A DNA stretch of 56,057 nucleotides, the filler included, from Squatina squatina (taxonomy: Eukaryota), in NCBI GenBank assembly GCA_031763465.1. It is 3 parts of 3 records of this genome, joined end to end, with 100 filler letters (N's around TTAATTAATTAA, not from the genome) between each part and the next. Parts side by side here need not be neighbours in the genome. Positions count along the whole stretch, not along the records: positions 41,767 to 56,057 come from JARFOE010000115.1; 2 more parts are not named here. One strand, given 5' to 3'. A program made the translations under genes and the position numbers. Position 1 is the first letter of the stretch. Each line of letters begins with the position of its first letter. Positions 50,848-56,057 of the stretch are shown in pieces. The notes under the pieces are model-generated. The model was not told where the DNA came from, made no database searches, and saw only the letters and a program-made list of their open reading frames with translations.

Positions 50848-52934
50848 AAACTGGTATCATATTTGGGATACCAAATGGGAGAACCTAATTCAAGGTCTCA
50901 CTTGCATTCTGTTCTGTAGGTTCAATTTGGCTGGAATGAAACAAAAAACTAAAGAATCAACTTTGCTTTAAAAGCTTGGCTCTCGTTCCTTTCTGCAAAA
51001 TCATTCCAGCTGCTGTACTGAATATGCCAAAAAATTGTGAATTCATCTATTCTGTAGAATCTGTATCCATGCGTTTTGACATTATCAGATGTTTTGCCTG
51101 AAAAAAGTGTTAGTGCTGTTGTCAGTTTGAAAAGTCTACTGCACAAATGTGCTGCAAATATTAAGAAGCTTAGAATGTCAGTCAATCCAGAAGCCATGAT
51201 GTGTCAGTCAGAAGCAGTCAGCAAGTTTAACAAAATAAGCTGGGAAATCTAAACAGGAAGCATGGATGAAAATATCATTAAAGGTGATTACCTTCAAGGT
51301 ACCTGTACATAGGATTTCTGGTATATCTTTGCCAAAGGGAAAGTTTGTGTAAGACAGAGAAATTTACCAGGAACTATTCTGATAATACTTATAATTATAT
51401 AAAGCCATATCACATTAAAACATCTCAAAGTGCTTCACAAATACAATTATATTTGAAGTGCGGTGATCATTCTGCAGCGTAGCGTTAGATACTTGAATCT
51501 GTAATGTCAAGTTAATAGTGGTTACATTAGTCTTTGATAGCATTTTACATAATGGTGTGGTTAATAAGTTATAGCAGGTATGTATTGACCAAATCGAGCC
51601 TTGAACCCGAGCTAATTCATTCATCACTAACCCAATTTCACCAAACAACTGCACAAATAGTTGCATCGATAAAACATTTAAAACTCAAATTAAGAATCAG
51701 CCCTTATGTGCNNNNNNNNNNNNNNNNNNNNNNNNNNNNNNNNNNNNNNNNNNNNNNNNNNNNNNNNNNNNNNNNNNNNNNNNNNNNNNNNNNNNNNNNN
51801 NNNNNNNNNNNCAATAGAAGATATCAGGTAAAAACCAACCAGAAGTGACAAAAGTGAAGCTGGGGTAGTCTGCAATCAAAGGTTAAACTGTAATTTTTAC
51901 CTCACTCCCTGAAACCAGTTTATTCTAATATGCACCATTTCCCAGCAACTGACTGGGATTGCTACAATAGGTGTCAATGTTTGCCATATTACCATAAGCT
52001 GCACAGTACATTATTACAAGAAGATACAAATGATTAATTTTGTGTTTCAATTTCATCTTGCATTTAAGTGACTCAATTTTTCTGCCACCTCAAATTCTTA
52101 ATGAGATGATTCATATAATTCCTTCTAGTTGTATCATTTTCTCTTTACCTATCATTTTACTGGCTTGTGCACTTCGTACTTCATTTTTCAGTTAATATTT
52201 CGCTACCAATGCTGACTACAAGCCTTATAAATTCATGCGTTGCAGCTCAGCACTAGATTAATAATCTTTTCTCTCCCCCGTCCATCAACAATTTTTCTTC
52301 CTTCTCCTAAAGGCTTATACTCGGGCACAGTTCCACAGGCACCAGCAATACGCCAGTAACACACTCAAGTGACTATTCTTCGTGTTTTGAATATCAACCA
52401 CATGTGTCGGTGGACTATCGGGATGAGGGACCATCACAACTCACCCTGACAGGAACATTGGCATGTTTTCCAGTGGGAGTCAGCCTGACTGATTTTACCC
52501 CTCCTAAGGACTGAGGCCAACTGTATTTGTCACATTACTGGTCTGACTGAGGCTCACTAACTCAGCACTGACTAGAAAATGTACCTGGGGCTAGTTATGA
52601 ATGTTGTGTGTGTGTTGCATTTGAATGAAATTGAAGAGAAACTATTATTTTTACAAGATCACTGTCTGTGCCTGCATTCCTCTCCAATCATTATTTTGAC
52701 AGCCATGTTCTAACCTGCGGATCTTCTGTATCTCAACTGCAGCTGACCAAAGGAACGGCAGCTTTACCTTCAAAATTTGGCAAAAATTGCTAGATACATT
52801 ATCAATGACATTTAAAATGGTCTTAAATACTATTTCTCCGCTTTTGTTGAAAAGTTAAATGCCAAGTATAACTGCCAAATATAAGGACTTGATTAATACA
52901 TAGCAGATGGCAATTGAGTTTGAATTAATCAAGA

Positions 52935-53445
52935 AATCAATAACAACGTACATTTTGTAAAGTTGATAACAACCCAAGGTGCTTTACAGAAGCAGTAGGC
53001 CGAGCCAAAATAGGTTATGATGGGTAACCAAAACCGTGGTAAAAAAAGTGAGTTTTCAGGAGGTGTTTCGGGACCAAATTCTAGGAAATGGGGCCAAGGC
53101 TGCTGAAGACATGGGCACCAATGCAGACGCAGAGGGCTGGGAGCATGCACAAGAGACTGGGATCAGAAGAACAGAGAGTACCGGTGGAGAGAGGAGAGGT
53201 TTGTGGGGCTGGAGGAAGACGCTTAAACACATGGATGAGAATTTTAAATTTGAAACCTTGGGGGGACCTGGAGCCAATGCAGGTTGGCGACTTCAAATAT
53301 GATGGGTGAGCGTGACTTGGTATGAAATAGGACATGGGTAGCAGAGGTTTGGATGAGATTATGTATATAGAAGGTGGAGGATGGGGTGCTGACCAGTTGA
53401 GCAGGGGACATGTTATCTGGAGATGACCAAGGCATGAATTATGAA
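52935..53445 (-). mobile_element. L2 LINE 3' fragment
   Basis: Minus-strand ANLHWLQVP and FKFKILIHVFK peptides, plus an L2-type tail (aaagcaccttgggttg). Confidence 0.75.
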
Positions 53446-53520
53446 GGTTAACAGCTCTTGTTTCTCTTTCCACAGATGCTACCTAACCCGCTGAGTGTTT
53501 TCAGCGTTTTCTGTTTTTAT
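53446..53520 (+). mobile_element. Penelope-like element terminus remnant
   Basis: ccacagatgctacctaacccgctgagtgttttcagcgttttctgtttt; more decayed similar copies near 16960-17030 and 42420-42480. Confidence 0.5.
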
Positions 53521-54300
53521 TACTACCATTAGGGTTTCTTAAGGAGAGAGAACCAGTAAAACTGGCCAGCAATCAGTCAGGGTGGGCATCAGATTTCCAA
53601 TTTATTTGCTGCCTTCAGGGAAAATTTCAGGGACGACTTAAAAAAAAAGATCCACACCTGTTTAATCCATTAACAACAGGCAATTTACTGCCCTACTGAA
53701 CACTGAGCCATGTTCTCTGTGATGAGTGCAGAACTATTAGCAATATTCCAAGGTTGATCTTATGTAGATAGCCTTGTAATGATAAATTCTACAAATGCCT
53801 GACTCACTGCAGTCGATAACATAAAATTTCAATGCAGTTGGCAAAAATCAATCAAGAATTTGTCAGCTTTATTCCTAATTTGTTGCAATTTCATTTATCA
53901 ATATGGGGCCACAATTGAGCCATATGACCAAGTGTAACTCAGTAACAGATGCTGGGTGTGTCACAGTAAAAGGGAAAGCTACGCAGAAACAAAATTCAGT
54001 CAGGCAGAAAGCTGGAGATAGTTCCACCAAATCACAGAATCATTTCGCAGTGTTTCCTCGGCAACAGACAGAGAAGCGCTACTACTACCACTGCTTCCAC
54101 TACTACGATTGTAACTACCACTACTACCAACAACTTGCATTTATTTAGTACCTTTAAATACAGGAAAACATTCCAAGGCACTTCACAGAGGTAGGTGTAA
54201 GGAAAAAGATAGATACTGAGCCAAAGCAGAAGATATCAAAAAATTGCTCAATGAGATGGGTTTTAAGGAGAGTCTTCGGAGAAGAAAGGGAAGTAGAAAC

Positions 54301-54376
54301 AGACGGGTTCAGGGAGAGAGTGGGGCTGAGACGGGTTCAGGGAGAGAGTGGGGCTGAGACGGGTTCAGGGAGAGAG
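54301..54376. repeat. Minisatellite, about 2.7 x 28 bp
   Basis: agacgggttcagggagagagtggggctg repeated; lies just before a gap. Confidence 0.9.
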
Positions 54377-54492
54377 AGAGTGTGAAACNNNNNNNNNNNN
54401 NNNNNNNNNNNNNNNNNNNNNNNNNNNNNNNNNNNNNNNNNNNNNNNNNNNNNNNNNNNNNNNNNNNNNNNNNNNNNNNNNNNNNNNNTCAC

Positions 54493-55027
54493 CTGAAAAA
54501 GTTCCTGATACTGTAACCTTCGATTGCCTGAACAATATCCTGGGGGATGTTGCCATCATCAGGTACAGCAGTTGAGGATGCAGGTGGTGTTGGTGTTGTT
54601 ATGTTATTTGGCAAAACATTTTTTGAGCTACGTTTCTGTCCATAGTAACCTATTACAAGACCACAAATAAATATAGTAATCCCTACAACAAAGAGTTTTG
54701 CCATTCTAAAAAAGTTGCCCTGCTGATTTTTAGGTCCTGGTCTTGTATGTGCCACATAATCAGAGTCTTCTTCTAGACGTTCAAATCTTCCCCGGGGTGA
54801 TGCTGAAGGCTGCATAAATTCCATGTCAAGATCAGTGTTTCCAGTGGAGTTGCCCAAATGGTGCTGGCCCGAATCATCTGGTTCAAAGCCATCAAATCCA
54901 CTTTCTTCCAACTCCTTTTCCATGTCCCACTCTAACTCCAGCGAAGTGACTGGAAGCTCTTCAGTGTCCAGATCTTGAGAGTGTACTGGAAACCTCTGGT
55001 CCACTTTTTGATAAGCCATTTCTGTAC
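54493..55027 (-). CDS. NAALADL2: NAALADL2 exon 2 (cytoplasmic tail, type II transmembrane helix, stalk)
   Basis: tatatag| GTEMAYQKV...LELEWDMEKELEESGFD...SPRGRFERLEE...LFVVGITIFICGLVIGYYG...IRNFFR |gtga; phase 2 joins the next exon. Confidence 0.96.
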
Positions 55028-55577
55028 CTATATACAAAAATTAAAATCAAAATCAATAAGGTATTTTCTTCAGCAATGTAAGTTACCTAGTTCCAGATAC
55101 AAATTTCAATGTGATAGTGTAGCACTTGGCCCTTGCAGGAAAATTATTTGCNNNNNNNNNNNNNNNNNNNNNNNNNNNNNNNNNNNNNNNNNNNNNNNNN
55201 NNNNNNNNNNNNNNNNNNNNNNNNNNNNNNNNNNNNNNNNNNNNNNNNNNNATAAAATCATTACAAATTTATTTTAAAGGCAGTGAGCCTTGATACACAT
55301 TCTTTTGAACTACTGTAGTTCATCAGCCAGTAACACTGCTCCAATCAGTGAAGTGAGTCCAATGACATTTCAGACAGCTTACATTTCCTAATGAGCACAA
55401 TTTATTCACTCATTAAACTGCAAACCACAATGAAAACAGAATACATAGCAAGTACGACCATTAAGTATTAGAAAATTAAAAATACTGTTTTAAACCTGAA
55501 AGTCAACACATAAATGGGCAATCCGAGGTATTGAAAATAAATGTCACCTTAACTAAAAGTAGCCTTTTTGACAATAT

Positions 55578-56057
55578 GTAGAATCATAAAAATTATCACA
55601 CGGAAGGAGGCCATTCAGCCCATCATGCCTGTGCCATTTTCAGCTCTTAAACTGGAGCAATCTACTCTTATCCCAATTCCTTCTTGCCCAATTTCTTTTT
55701 TTGTATTCTTCCTTTTCAAATACTTAGACATTTTTCTTTTAAGTGATGTCATGGTCTCTGTCTCAATAGCCACTCAAAGTTAAGCACTCTGTGTTCTAAT
55801 AAGCGTGTGAAAAACAAAAATTCTTCTTGCTTCTGCCTTCATTCGTTAAGTAATAATCCTAGTCCGAGCCCCATTATTACCAATTCACCAACCAGTGTAA
55901 GCAATCTTCACTTTTACCTTAAAAACCCTTCATGTTTCAAAAATCTCGATTGCATTGCCCCTTAACTTCCTGTTTCATCTAGCCCATCTGCTCATTGACT
56001 GCAAACTTGTCTATGATCTTATAATCTTCCTCACAACTTGCCTGCCCCCAAATTTTC
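55578..56057 (-). mobile_element. Old CR1 3' region
   Basis: agaatcataaaaattatcacacggaaggaggccattcagcccatc is a reverse-complemented CR1 tail. Confidence 0.7.

Noticed and set aside
10133-55027. Apparent WAPL-EVX2-NAALADL2 synteny
   Set aside because: The genes are separated by synthetic TTAATTAATTAA spacers and belong to independent scaffolds.
43572-55027. Unusually compact NAALADL2 (a very large gene in human)
   Set aside because: Every intron contains 100-N gaps of unknown true size.

Overview
This is vertebrate DNA from a fragmented draft assembly, probably a shark or other cartilaginous fish (inferred from the protein sequences and the CR1/L2/DeuSINE repeat content). Two artificial spacers (44 N + TTAATTAATTAA + 44 N, at 22378-22477 and 41667-41766) split it into three unrelated scaffolds. 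Scaffold 1 (1-22377, + strand genes) has an AT-rich 3'UTR-like stretch, one isolated CAD exon, the terminal exon of a divergent NRG3-like neuregulin, and seven exons or exon parts of a divergent WAPL-like gene whose first coding exon runs into a stop codon. Scaffold 2 (22478-41666) has EVX2 on the minus strand (three exons, most of the homeobox exon lost in a gap), its promoter, a downstream ultraconserved-type element and a Gypsy RT fragment on the HoxD side. Scaffold 3 (41767-56057) has four NAALADL2 exons on the minus strand among decayed Tigger/pogo, Harbinger, L2, CR1 and SINE copies. The best lead is the NRG3-like/WAPL-like pair, a candidate retained whole-genome-duplication paralog block. 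Homology calls come from recalled human protein sequences and were not checked by database search.
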